DNA of 64,000 bases from contig OZ024743.1 of assembly GCA_964016885.1 (NCBI GenBank), forward strand, positions 352,284,001 to 352,348,000, given 5' to 3'. Shown in pieces: positions 1 to 13,200 of this stretch. This DNA is from Eledone cirrhosa. Its lineage: Eukaryota. The translations under genes and the position numbers were made by a program. The first letter of the stretch is position 1, and each line of letters starts with the position of its first letter. Under the pieces are notes generated by a model. It worked only from the letters and a program-made list of their open reading frames with translations, did no database searches and was not told where the DNA came from.

Positions 1-21
1 CAATTCATTATTTTTTTCTCG

Positions 22-205
22 GATTGGCAGTATCGGTAGAGGGTCGGACGCCATGCTTTCCAGCATAGTTACGTCCTTTTACGATCTGAGTTCAAATCCC
101 GCCGAGGTTGACTTTGCCTTTCATCCTTACGGGGTCGATAAAATAAAGTACCAGTAATGCACTGGATAATTGCTGGCCTTGTGCCTAAAGTAGAAACAAT
201 TATTT
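22..205 (+). mobile_element. tRNA-derived SINE
   Basis: A-box-like TGGCAGTATCGG near 25 and B-box GAGTTCAAATCC near 88. The body and 3' end (gtaccagtaatgcactgg...ggccttgtgcctaaagtagaaacaattatt) recur at about 23070(-), 43735(+), 50300(-) and 56110(-). Confidence 0.65.
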
Positions 206-631
206 TTTTCTCCCTTTCATGCTCAACTAACTTATACATATTACACTTATTCATCCACTCTACTTCTTTTCACAATATATCCTTAATTACATTACTATTG
301 TTATATTTTTATATTTTTTAATAATACATATCAACAATTTCTTTCCATCGCACATATTATTAAACCCTTAAATATTATTCTTAATACATATTAACAATTT
401 CTTTTCTTCGTACATATTATTAAACCCTCCAATATACAAACCTTAATTTAACATTATTCTAAATTTTTCTCTGCGTTAATTTTCAAATACTTTTAATTTA
501 TATATTATCTTCCAACGGTTTTTTAACCTCTCTATGTAAAACAATATATTTTTCTCAGTTATAAAAGCTATCTCTCTCTCTCTATCACCCATCTCTCCTC
601 CTATCTCATCCTTCCTCATTATACTCCTCCC

Positions 632-1224
632 CGGTGAATCCATACGTACATATATATATGCGTGCATGTATGTATATATATATACATACTACTGTACGTC
701 TGTATACATATATGTATGTACGTGTAAATACTTATATTTAAGTAACAGCCGTACTAAGAGTGGGAAATGAAATATCGTTTCGTTTTTCCGTTTATCGTTT
801 TCGGTGCACCCTACCGATTAACCCACTCGATATGCAAATTGGGCTACTCAGCCGTTAATATGCATAAGGTATGTATATACGTTCAACAATCTGGCAGGAA
901 GTTATACGTTGCTGACGATAGCTAACAAGCTTGAAACTAGTACAGCGTTCCTTTGTCAGTGTTGAACAAACGAGCAACGGTGGTTGCTAGACACTACGGC
1001 TTAATACAGGATGTTTGTTTACAAACACACCGAGCGTTATAATAAATGTGCGGTGACTCCATACGTGCATATAAATATATGTGCATGTATGTATATATAT
1101 ATTTACATACTACTGTACGTCTGTATACATATATGTATGTACGTGTACATACTTATATTTAAGTAAAAGCCGTACTAAGAATGGGAAATGAAATTTCGTT
1201 TCATTTTTTCCGTTTATCGTTTTC
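632..1224 (+). repeat. About 1.4 inverted units of the 421-bp satellite
   Basis: Reverse complement of the unit repeated from 1221 onward. Orientation switches at a 'tttc' microhomology at 1221-1224. Confidence 0.95.
881..967 (+). ncRNA. Type I hammerhead ribozyme (inverted satellite unit)
   Basis: ACGTTG(906-911) CTGACGA T AGCT-aaca-AGCT T GAAA CTAG TA^ CAGCGT(943-948). Stem I extends through GGA/TCC, CTGGCA/TGTCAG and GTTCAACA/TGTTGAAC. Predicted cleavage after A942. Confidence 0.85.
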
Positions 1225-4200
1225 CCACACTTAGTACGGCTTTTACTTAAATATAAGTATGTACACGTACATACATATATGTATACAGAGGTACAGTAGT
1301 ATGTATATATATATATACATACATGCACACATATATATATGTACGTGTGGATTCACCGAACATTTATTATAATGCTCAGCGTGTTTGTAAACAAAGATCA
1401 CGTATTAAGCCGTAGTGTCTAGTAACCATCGTTGCTCGTTTGTTCAACACTGACAAAGTAACGCTGTACTAGTTTCAAGCTTATTAGCTAACGTCAGCAA
1501 CGTATACCTTCCTACCAGATTGTTGAACGTATATATTACCGTATGCCTATTAACGGCTGAGTAGCCCAATTTGCATATCGAGTGGGTTAATCGGCCGGGT
1601 GCAACGAAAACGATAAACGGACAAAATGAAACTATATTTCATTTCCCACTCTTAGTACGGCTGTTACTTAAATATAAGAACGTAAACGTACATACATATA
1701 TGTATACAGACGTACAGTAGTATGTATATATATATACATACATGCACATATATATATATTCACGTATAGATTCACCGAACATTTATCATAATGCTCGGTG
1801 TGTTTGTAAACAAACATCCCGTATTAAGCCGTAGTGTTTAGCAACCACCGATGCTCGTTTGTTAAACACTGACAAAGGAACGCTGTACTAGTTTCAAGCT
1901 TGTTAGCTATCGTCAGCAACGTATACCTTCCTGCCAGATTGTTGAACGTATATATTTACCTTATGTATATTAACGGCTGAGTAGGCCAATTTGCATATCG
2001 AGTGGGTTAATCGGGCGGGTGCACCGAAAACAATAAGCAGAAAAAATGAAACGATATTTCATTTCCCACTCTTAGTACGGCTGTTACTTAAATATAAGTA
2101 CGTAAACGTACATACATATATGTATACAGACGTACAGTAGTATGTATGTATATATACATACATGCACACATATATATATGCACGTATGGATTCACCGAAC
2201 ATTTATTATAATGCTGGGTGTGTTTGTAAACAAACATCCCGTGTTAAGCCGTAGTGTCTAGCAACCACCGTTGCTCGTTTGTTCAACACTGACAAAGGAA
2301 CGCTGTACTAGTTTCAAGCTTGTTAGCTATCGTCAGCAACGTATACCTTCCTGCCAGATTGTTGAACGTATATACTTACCTTATGCATATTAACGGCTGA
2401 GTAGCCCCATTTGCATATCGAGTGGGTTAATCGGCCGGGTGCAGCGAAAACGATAAACGGAAAAAATGAAACGATATTTCATTTCCTGCTCTTAGTACGG
2501 CTGTTACTTAAATATAAGTACGTACACGTACATACATATATGTATACAGACGTAAAGTAGTATGTATATATATATACATACATGCACATATATATATATG
2601 CACGTATGGATTAACCGAACATTTATCATAATGCTCAGTGTGTTTGTAAACAAACATCCCGTATTAAGCCGTAGTGTCTAGCAACCACCGTTGCTCGTTT
2701 GTTCAACACTGACAAAGGAACGCTGTACTAGTTTCAAGCTTGTTAGCTATCGTCAACAACGTATACCTTCCTGCCAGATTGTTGAACGTATATACTTACC
2801 TTATGCATATTAACGGCTGAGTAGCCCAATTTGCATATCGTGTGGGTTAATCGGCCGGGTGCACCGAAAACGATAAACGGAAAAAATGAAACGGTATTTC
2901 ATTTCCCACTCTTAGTACGGCTGTTACTTAAATATCAGTATGTACACGTACATACATATATGTATACAGACGTACAGTAGTATGTATGTATATACACATA
3001 CATGCACACATATATATATGCACGTATGGATTTACCGAACATTTATTATAATGCTTGGTGTGTTTGTAAACAAACATCCCTTATTAAGCCGTAGTGTCTA
3101 GCAACCACCGTTGCTCGTTTGTTCAACACTGACAAAGGAACGCTGTACTAGTTTAAAGCTTGTTAGCTATCGTCAGCAACGTATACCTTCCTGCCAGATT
3201 GTTGAACGTATATACTTACCTTATGCATATTAACGGCTGAGTAGCCCAATTTGCATATCGAGTGGGTTAATCGGCCGGGTGCACCGAAAACGATAAACGG
3301 AATAAATGAAACGATACTTCCTTTCCCACTCTTAGTACGGTTGTTACTTAAATATAAGTATGTACACGTACATACATATATGTATACAGACGTATAGTAG
3401 TACGTATATATATATATACATACATGCAGATATATATATATGCACGTATGGATTCACCGAACATTTATCATAATGCTCGGTGTGTTTGTAAACAAACATC
3501 CCGTATTAAGCCGTAGTGTCTAGCAACCACCGTTGCTCGTTTGTTCAACACTGACAAAGGAACGCTGTACTAGTTTCAAGCTTGTTAGCTATCGTCAGCA
3601 ACGTATACTTTTCTGCGAGATTGTTGAACGTATAGACTTACCTTATGCGTATTAACGGCTGAGTAGCCCAATTTGCATATCGAGTGGGTTAATCGGCCGG
3701 GTGCAGCGAAAACCATAAGCGGAAAAAATGAAACGATATTTCATTTCCCACTCTTAGTACGGCTGTTACTTAAAAAAAAGTATGTACACGTACATACATA
3801 TATGTATACAGACGTACAGTAGTATGTATGTATATATACATACATGCACACATATATATATATGCACGTATGGATTCACCGAACCTTTTTTATAATGCTC
3901 GGTGTGTTTGAAAACAAACATCCCGTATGAAGCCGTAGTGTCTAGCAACCACCGTTGCTCGTTTGTTCAACACTGACAAAGGAACGCTGTACTAGTTTCA
4001 AGCTTGTTAGCTATCGTCAACAACGTATACCTTCCTGCCAGATTGTTGAACGTATATACTTACCTTATGCATATTAACGGCTGAGTAGCCCAATTTGCAT
4101 ATCGTGTGGGTTAATCGGCCGGGTGCACCGAAAACGATAAACGGAAAAAATGAAACGGTATTTCATTTCCCACTCTTAGTACGGCTGTTACTTAAATATC

Positions 4201-7200
4201 AGTATGTACACGTACATACATATATGTATACAGACGTACAGTAGTATGTATGTATATATACATACATGCACACATATATATATGCACGTATGGATTTACC
4301 GAACATTTATTATAATGCTTGGTGTGTTTGTAAACAAACATCCCTTATTAAGCCGTAGTGTCTAGCAACCACCGTTGCTCGTTTGTTCAACACTGACAAA
4401 GGAACGCTGTACTAGTTTAAAGCTTGTTAGCTATCGTCAGCAACGTATACCTTCCTGCCAGATTGTTGAACGTATATACTTACCTTATGCATATTAACGG
4501 CTGAGTAGCCCAATTTGCATATCGAGTGGGTTAATCGGCCGGGTGCACCGAAAACGATAAACGGAATAAATGAAACGATACTTCCTTTCCCACTCTTAGT
4601 ACGGTTGTTACTTAAATATAAGTATGTACACGTACATACATATATGTATACAGACGTACAGTAGTATGTATATATATATATACATACATGCACACATATA
4701 TCTATGCACGTATGGATTCACCGAACATTTGTTATGATGCTCGGTGTATTTGTAAACAAACATCCCGTATTAAGCCGTAGTGTCTAGCAACCACCGTTGC
4801 TCGTTTGTTCAACACTGACAAAGGAACGCAGTACTGGTTTCAAGCTTGTTAGCTATCGTCAGCAACGTATACCTTCCTGCCAGATTGTTGAACGTATATA
4901 CATACTTTATTCATATTAACGGCTGAGGAGGCCAATTTGCATATCGAGTGGGTTAATCGGCCGGGTGGACCGAAAACGATAAATTGAAAAAATGAAACGA
5001 TATTTCATTTCCCACTCTTAGTACGGCTGTTACTTAAATATAAGTATATACACGTACATACATGTATGTATACAGACGTACAGTAGTATGTATATATATA
5101 TATACATGCACATATATATATATATATACGTGTGGATTCACCGAATATTTATTAGAATGCTCGGTGTGTTTGTAAACAAACATCCCGTATTAAGCCGTAG
5201 TGTCTAGCAACCAACGTTGCTCGTTTGTTCAGCACTGACAAAGGAACGCTGTACTGTTTTCAAGCTTGTTAGCTATCGTCAGCAACGTATACCTTCCTGC
5301 CAGATTGTTGAACGTATATACTTACCTTATGCGTATTAACGGCTGAGTAGCCCAATTTGCATATCGAGTGGGTTAATCGGCCGGGTGCACCGATAACGAT
5401 AAACGGAAAAAATGAAACGATATTTCATTTCCCACTCTTAGTACGGCTGTTACTTTAATATAAGTATGTACACGTACATACATTTATGTATACAGACGTA
5501 CAGTAGTATGTATGTATATATACATACATGCACACATATATATATATGCACGTTGGATTTACCGAACGTTTATTATAATGCTTGGTGTGTTTGTAAACAA
5601 ACATCCCTTATTAAGCCGTAGTGTCTAGCAACCACCGTTGCTCGTTTGTTCAACACTGACAAAGGAACGCTGTACTAGTTTCAAGCTTGTTAGCTATCGT
5701 CAGCAACGTATACCTTCCTGCCAGATTGTTGAACGTATATACTTACCTTCTGTATATTAACGGCTGAGTAGGCCAATTTGCATATCGAGTGGGTTAATCG
5801 GGCGGGTGCACTGAAAACGATAAACGGAAAAAATGAAACGATATTTCATTTCCCACTCTTAGCACGGCTGTTACTTAAATATAATTATGTACACGTACAT
5901 ACATATATGTATACAGACGTATAGTAGTATGTATATATATATATACATACATGCACACATATATATATGTAGCTATGGATTCACCGAACATTTATTAGAA
6001 TGCTCGGTGTGTTTGTAAACAAACATCCCGTATTAAGCCGTAGTGTCTAGCAACCACCGTTGCTCGTTTGTTCAACACTGACAAAGGAACGCTGTACTAG
6101 TTTCAAGCTTGTTAGCTATCGTCAGCAACGTATACCTTCCTGCCAGATTGTTGAACGTATATACTTACCTTATGCATATTAACGGCTGAGTAGCCCAATT
6201 TGCATATCGTGTCGGTTAATCGGCCGGGTGCACCGAAAACGATAAACGGAAAAAAATGAAACGATATTTCATTTCCCACTCTTAGTACGGCTATTACTTA
6301 AATATAAGAATGTACACGTACATACACATATGTATACAGACGTACAGTAGTATGTATATATATATACATACAAGCAGATATATATATATGCACGTATGGA
6401 GTCACCGAACATTTATCATAATGCTCGGTGTGTTTGTAAACAAACATCCCGTATTAAGCCGTAGTGTCTAACAACCACCGTTGCTCGTTTGTTCAACACT
6501 GACAAAGGAACGCTGTACTAGTTTAAAGCTTGTTAGCTATCGTCAGCAACGTATACCTTCCTGCCAGATTGTTGAACGTATATACTTACCTTATGCATAT
6601 TAACGGCTGAGTAGCCCAATTTGCATATCGAGTGGGTTAATCGGCCGGGTGCACCGAAAACGATAAACGGAATAAATGAAACGATACTTCATTTCCCACT
6701 CTTAGTACGGTTCTTACTTAAATATAAGTATGCACACGTACATACATATATGTATACAGACGTACAGTAGTATGTATATATATATATACATACATGCACA
6801 CATATATCTATGCACGTATGGATTCACCGAACATTTGTTATGATGCTCGGTGTATTTGTAAACAAACATCCCGTATTAAGCCGTAGTGTCTAGCAACCAC
6901 CGTTGCTCGTTTGTTCAACACTGACAAAAGAACGCAGTACTAGTTTTAAGCTTGTTAGCTATCGTCAGCAACGTATACCTTCCTGCCAGATTGTTGAACG
7001 TATATACATACTTTATTCATATTAACGGCTGAGGAGACCAATTTGCATATCGAGTGGGTTAATCGGCCGGGTGGACCGAAAACGATAAATTGAAAAAATG
7101 AAACGATATTTCATTTCCCACTCTTAGTACGGCTGTCACTTAAATATAAGTATATACACGTACATACATGTATGTATACAGACGTACAGTAGTATGTATA

Positions 7201-10200
7201 TATATATACATACATGCACATATATATATATACGTGTGGATTCACCGAATATCTATTAGAATGCTCGGTGTGTTTGTAAACAAACATCCCGTATTAAGCC
7301 GTAGTGTCTAGCAACCAACGTTGCTCGTTTGTTCAGCACTGACAAAGGAACGCTGTACTGTTTTCAAGCTTGTTAGCTATCGTCAGCAACGTAGACCTTC
7401 CTGCCAGATTGTTGAACGTATATACTTACCCTATGTATATTAACGGCTGAGTAGGCCAATTTGCATATCGAGTGGGTTAATCGGCCGGGTGCACTGAAAA
7501 CGATAAACGGAAAAAATGAAACGATATTTCATTTCCCACTCTTAGTACGGCTGTTACTTAAATATAAGTATGTACACGTACATACATGTATGTATACAGA
7601 CGTACAGTAGTATGTATATATACATCATGCACACATATATATGTATATGCACGTATGGATTCACCGAACATTTGTTATTATACTCGGTGTGTTTGTAAAC
7701 AAAAATCGCGTATTAAGCCGTAGTGTCTAGCAATCACCGTCGCTCGTTTGTTCAACACTGACAAAGGAACGCAATACTAGTTTTAAGCTTGTTAGCTATA
7801 GTCAGCAACGTATACCTTTCTGCCAGATTGTTGAACGTATATACATACCTTATGCATATTAACGGCTGAGTAGCCCAATTTGCATATCGAGTGGGTTAAT
7901 CGACCGGGTGCACCGATAACGTTAAACGGAAAAAATGTAACGATATTTCATTTCCCACTCTTAGTACGGCTGTTACTTAAATATAAGAACGTACACGTTC
8001 ATACATATATGTATACAGACGTACAGTAGTATGTATATATATATACATACATGCACATATATATATATTCACGTATAGATTCACCGAACATTTATCATAA
8101 TGCTCGGTGTGTTTGTAAACAAACATCCCGTATTAAGCCGTAGTGTTTAGCAACCACCGATGCTCGTTTGTTAAACACTGACAAAGGAACGCTGTACTAG
8201 TTTCAAGCTTGTTAGCTATCGTCAGCAACGTATACCTTCCTGCCAGATTGTTGAACGTATATATTTACCTTATGTATATTAACGGCTGAGTAGGCCAATT
8301 TGCATATCGAGTGGGTTAATCGGGCGGGTGCACCGAAAACAATAAGCGGAAAAAATGAAACGATATTTCATTTCCCACTCTTAGTACGGCTGTTATTTAA
8401 ATATAAGTATGTACACGTACATACATATATGTATACAGACGTACAGTAGTATGTATGTATATATACGTACATGCACACATGTATATATGCACGTATGGAT
8501 TCACCGAACATTTATTATAATGCTCGGTGGGTTTGTAAACAAACATCCCGTGTTAAGCCGTAGTATCTAGCAACCACCGTTGCTCGTTTATTCAACACTG
8601 ACAAAGGAACGCTGTACTAGTTTCAAGCTTGTTAGATATCGTCAGCAACGTTTACCTTCCTGCCAGATTGTTGAACGTATATACTTACCTTATGCATATT
8701 AACGGCTGAGTAGCCCAATTTGCATATCGATTGGGTTAATCGGCCGGGTGCACCGAAAACGTTAAACGGAAAAAATGAAACGATACTTCATTTCCCACTC
8801 TTAGTACGGCTGTTACTTAAATATCAGTATGTACACGTACATACATATATGTTTACAGACGTACAGTAGTATGTATATATATATACATCATGCACACATA
8901 TATATATATATGCACGTATGGATTCACCGAACCTTTTTTATAATGCTCGGTGTGTTTGAAAACAAACATCCCGTATGAAGCCGTAGTGTCTAGCAACCAC
9001 CGTTGCTCGTTTGTTCAACACTGACAAAGGAACGCTGTACTAGTTTCAAGCTTGTTAGCTATCGTCAGTAACGTATACCTTCCTTCCAGATTGTTGAACG
9101 TATATACATACCTTATGCATATTAACGCCTGAGTAGCCCAATTTGCATATCGAGTGTGTTAATCGGCCGGGTGCACCGAAATCAATAAACGGAAAAAATG
9201 AAACGATATTTCATTTCCCACTCTTAGTACGGCTGTTACTTAAATATAAGTATGTACGCGTACATACATATATGTATACAGACGTACAGTAGTATGTATA
9301 TATATATACATACATGCACACATATATATATGTACGTGTGGATTCACCGAATATTTATTATAATGCTCGGTGTGTTTGTAAACAAACATCCCGTATTAAG
9401 CCGTAGTGTCTAGCAACCACCGTTGCTCGTTTGTTCAACACTGACAAAGGAACGCTGTACTAGTTTCAAGCTTGTTAGCTATCGTCAGCAACGTATACCT
9501 TCCTGCGAGATTGTTGAACGTATAGACTTACCTTATGCGTATTAACGGCTGAGTAGCCCAATTTGCATATCGAGTGGGTTAATCGGGCGGGTGCACTGAA
9601 AACGATAAACGGAAAAAATGAAACGATATTTCATTTCCCAGTCTTAGTACGGCTGTTACTTAAATATAAGTATGTACACGACATACATATATGTATACAG
9701 ACGTACAATAGTATGTATATATATATACATACATGCACACATATATATATATATATACGTGTGGATTCACCGAATATTTATTATAATGCTCGGTGTGTTT
9801 GTAAACAAACATCCCGTATTAAGCCGTAGTGTCTAGCAACCAACGTTGCTCGTTTGTTCAGCACTGACAAAGGAACGCTGTACTGGTTTCAAGCTTGTTA
9901 GCTATCGTCAGCCACCTATACCTTCCTGCCAGATTGTTGAACGTATAGACTTACCTTATGCGTATTAACGGCTGAGTAGCCCAATTTGCATATCGAGTGG
10001 GTTAATCGGCCGGGTGCAACGAAAACGATAAACGGAAAAATGAAACGATATTTCATTTCCCACTCTTAGTACGGCTGTTACTTAAATATAAGTATGAACA
10101 CGTACATACATGTATGTATACAGACGTACAGTAGTATGTATATATCTATACATACATGCACACATATATATATGTACGTGTGGATTCACCGAATATTTAT

Positions 10201-13200
10201 TATAATGCTCGGTGTGTTTGTAAACAAACATCCCGCATTAAGCCGTAGTGTCTCGCAACCAACGTTGCTCGTTTGTTCAGCACTGACAAAGGAACGCTGT
10301 ACTGGTTTCAAGCTTGTTAGCTATCGTCAGCAACGTATACCTTCCTGCCAGATTGTTGAACGTATATACTTACCCTATGTATATTAACGGCTGAGAAGGC
10401 CAATTTGCACATCGAGTGGGTTAATCGGCCGGGTGCACCGAAAACGATAAACGGAAAAAATGAAACGATATTTCATTTCCCACTCTTAGTACGGCTGTTA
10501 CTTAAATATAAGTATGTACACGTACATACATGTATGTATACAGACGTACAGTATAATGTATATATACATCATGCACACATATATATATATGCACGTATGG
10601 ATTCAACGAACATTTGTTATAATACTCGGTGTGTTTGTAAAGAAACATCCCGTATTAAGCCGTAGTGTCTAGCAATCACCGTTGCTCGTTTGTTCAACAC
10701 CGACAAAGGATCGCAATACTAGTTTCAAGCTTGTTAGCTATCGTCAGCAACGTATACCTTCCTGCCAGATTGTTGAACGTATATACATACCTTATGCATA
10801 TTAACGGCTGAGTAGCCCAATTTGCATATCGAGTGGGTTAATTGGCCGGGTGCACCGAAAACGATAAACGGAAAAAATGAAACGATATTTCATTTCCCAC
10901 TCTTAGTACGGCTGTTACTTATATATAAGAATGTAGACGTACATACATATATGTATACAGACGTACAGTAGTATGTATGTTTATATACATACATCCACAC
11001 ATATATATATGTACGTGTGGATTCACCGAACATTTATTATAATGCTCGGTGTGTTTGTAAACAAACATCCCGTATTAAGCCGTAGTATCTAGCAACCACC
11101 GTTGCTCGTTTATTCAACACTGACAAAGGAACGCTGTACTAGTTTCAAGCTTGTTAGATATCGTCAGCAACGTTTACCTTCCTGCCAGATTGTTGAACGT
11201 ATATACTTACCTTATGCATATTAACGGCTGAGTAGCCCAATTTGCATATCGATTGGGTTAACCGGCCGGGTGCACCGAAAACGTTAAACGGAAAAAATGA
11301 AACGATACTTCATTTCCCACTCTTAGTACGGCTGTTACTTAAATATGAGTATGTACACGTACATACATATATGTTTACAGACGTACAGTAGTATGTATAT
11401 ATATATATACATCATGCACACATATATATATATATGCACGTAATGATTCACCGAACCTTTTTTATAATGCTCGGTGTGTTTGAAAACAAACATCCCGTAT
11501 GAAGCCGTAGTGTCTAGCAACCACCGTTGCTCGTTTGTTCAACACTGACAAAGGAACGCTGTACTAGTTTCAAGCTTGTTAGCTATCGTCAGTAACGTAT
11601 ACCTTCCTTCCAGATTGTTGAACGTATATACATACCTTATGCATATTAACGCCTGAGTAGCCCAATTTGCATATCGAGTGTGTTAATCGGCCGGGTGCAC
11701 CGAAATCAATAAACGGAAAAAATGAAACGATATTTCATTTCCCACTCTTAGTACGGATGTTACTTAAATATAAGTACATACACGTACATACATATATGTA
11801 TACAGACGTACAGTAGTATGTATATATATATACATACAAGCAGATATATATATGCACGTATGGATTCACCGAACATTTATCATAATGCTCGGTGTGTTTG
11901 TAAACAAACGTCCCGTATTAAGCCGTAGTGTCTAACAACCACCGTTGCTCGTTTGTTCAACACTGACAAAGGAACGCTGTACTAGTTTCAAGCTTGTTAG
12001 CTATCGTCAGCAACGTATACCTTCATGCCAGATTGTTGAACGTATATACTTACCTTATGCATATTAACGGCTGAGTAGCCCAATTTGCATATCGAGTGGG
12101 TTAATCGGCCGGGTGCACCGAAAACGTTAAACGGAAAAAATGAAACGATATTTCATTTCCCACTCTTAGTACGGCTGTTACTTAAATATCAGTATGTACA
12201 CGTACATACATATATGTATACAGACGTACAGTAGTATGTATATATATATATACATACATGCACATATATATATATATATATACGTGTGGATTCACCGAAT
12301 ATTTATTATAATGCTCGGTGTGTTTGTAAACAAACATCCCGGATTAAGCCGTAGTGTCTAGCAACCAACGTTGCTCGTTTGTTCAGCACTGACAAAGGAA
12401 CGCTGTAGTGGTTTCAAGCTTGTTAGCTATCGTCAGCAACGTATACCTTCCTGCCAGATTGTTGAACTTATATAATTACCTTATGCATATTAACGGCTGA
12501 GTAGCCCAATTTGCATATCGAGTGGGTTAATCGGCCGGGTGCACCGAAAACGATAAACGGAAAATATGAAACGATATTTCATTTCCCACTCTTAGTACGG
12601 CTGTTACTTAAATATAAGTATGTACACGTACATACATATATGTATACAGACGTACAGTAGTATGTATATCTTTATACATACATGCACATATATATATATG
12701 CACGTATGGATTCACCGAACATTTTTTATAATGCTCGGTTTGTTTGTAAACAAACATCCCGTATTAAGCCGTAGTGTCTAGCAACCACCGTTGCTCGTTT
12801 GTTCAACACTGACAGAGGAACGCTGTACTAGTTTCAAGCTTGTTAGCTATCGTCAGAAACGTATACCTTCCTGCCAGATTGTTGAACGTATATACTTACC
12901 CTATGTATATTAACGGCTGAGAAGGCCAATTTGCACATCGAGTGGGTTAATCGGCCGGGTGCACCGAAAACGATAAACGGAAAAAATGAAACGATATTTC
13001 ATTTCCCACTCTTAGTACGGCTGTTACTTAAATATAAGTATATACACGTACATACATGTATGTATACAGACGTACAGTAGTATGTATATATATATATACA
13101 TGCACATATATATATATATGCACGTATGGATTCACCGAACCTTTTTTATAATGCTCGGTATGTTTGTAAACAAACATCCCGTATTAAGCCGTAGTGTCTA

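Noticed and set aside
1110-11520. Short ORFs inside the satellite
   Set aside because: They open only in occasional units through point variants, show no recognisable domain and consist partly of TA-repeat translation.
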